Origin: Octopus sinensis
Taxonomy: Eukaryota
Length of the DNA stretch: 64,000 nucleotides
Direction: 5' to 3'
Assembly (NCBI RefSeq): GCF_006345805.1
Contig: NC_042999.1
Span: 115,320,001-115,384,000 of the forward strand
The notes beneath the pieces are model-generated. The model was not told where the DNA came from. It was given only the letters and a program-made list of their open reading frames with translations, and did no database searches. Below, piece by piece: positions 63,307 to 64,000 of this stretch. A program made the translations under genes and the position numbers. How positions within the stretch are numbered: the first letter of the stretch is position 1; every line of letters starts with the position of its first letter.

Positions 63307-64000
63307 CTGTAACATGAAGAATGGAATAATAAATAATACATTGTTAATTTCTTTGCCTTTTCTTCAAAACAGCAAATTATTTTAATGTTTATTGTTCTGT
63401 GTTGGTACAGATTACATGAATTTGATAAGGAACATAAGGCTTCAATTCAGAGACTTAATACTAGTGGAAATTAAATTCAGCTTGATTACATAGAAATGCA
63501 GAGATATATTAAGTACAAAAACATGTGCATTAGGAACAGAGGCCTTATAGCTAAATTCCCTTTTATAATAATTAACACTGTTATACTTTAGAGAACTGGT
63601 GATATTTGTGCACAGTCATAGAAATAAAGACTTTCAAAAATTTCAATATAAAGTATTATTTAATTCAACTGAGTAATCACAACTGAAAACTGGAAACTGT
63701 TACTGTGCATAAAGGCTTGATGGTTTGTCATTTTTGTTTTAAGGGTGATGGAGTCAGTAGGAAAGGTAAAAAATTAACCTTGCTTTAGTTTTGTCTCTAA
63801 AATGTTTTATTGATTTTATTTTCCTAGGATTCACAAAATAGCTACAAGTAGATTCAACTAGTTATAATAACCTCTACAAAAATTGGCTTTTAGCCTAACC
63901 AAATTAATAATTAAAGACTAATTTCTAACTCTTTCATAAAATTACTATTATCAAAATAAAGGCCCTGAAATTACTAGCATCAATTTAATTTTAGCTTTCT

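Noticed and set aside
63800-63900. Plus-strand acceptor-like ttttattttcctAG suggesting an antisense gene
   Set aside because: No donor, ORF or second exon to support it.

Overview
AT-rich, microsatellite- and SINE-dense eukaryotic DNA; the repeat families suggest an octopus/coleoid cephalopod (inference from remembered repeat families, not a database search). Nearly the whole window (3368-63306) is one minus-strand gene, a glucose-6-phosphate 1-epimerase (D-hexose-6-phosphate mutarotase, aldose 1-epimerase family). I assembled 9 GT-AG coding exons with consistent phases into about 257 aa; the N-terminal exon(s) lie beyond the right edge. The introns (up to about 20 kb) hold tRNA-derived SINEs, RTE, CR1/L2-like and R4/Dong-like LINE fragments, a Helitron remnant, a mariner remnant and MITEs. 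The most notable signal is a set of minimal type-I hammerhead ribozyme motifs of the Penelope-like-element kind (13844-13889, 19831-19926, 32754-32842, 33315-33386, 47960-48046). One forms the tail of a tRNA-headed SINE, and two sit in long foldback (inverted-repeat) structures. Other oddities are a young composite insertion (455-bp partial tandem + G4-forming 49-bp minisatellite + RTE tail), a head-to-tail SINE array in (AAT)n, and a cluster of strong orphan splice acceptors. Most supplied ORFs are repeat or microsatellite artefacts.
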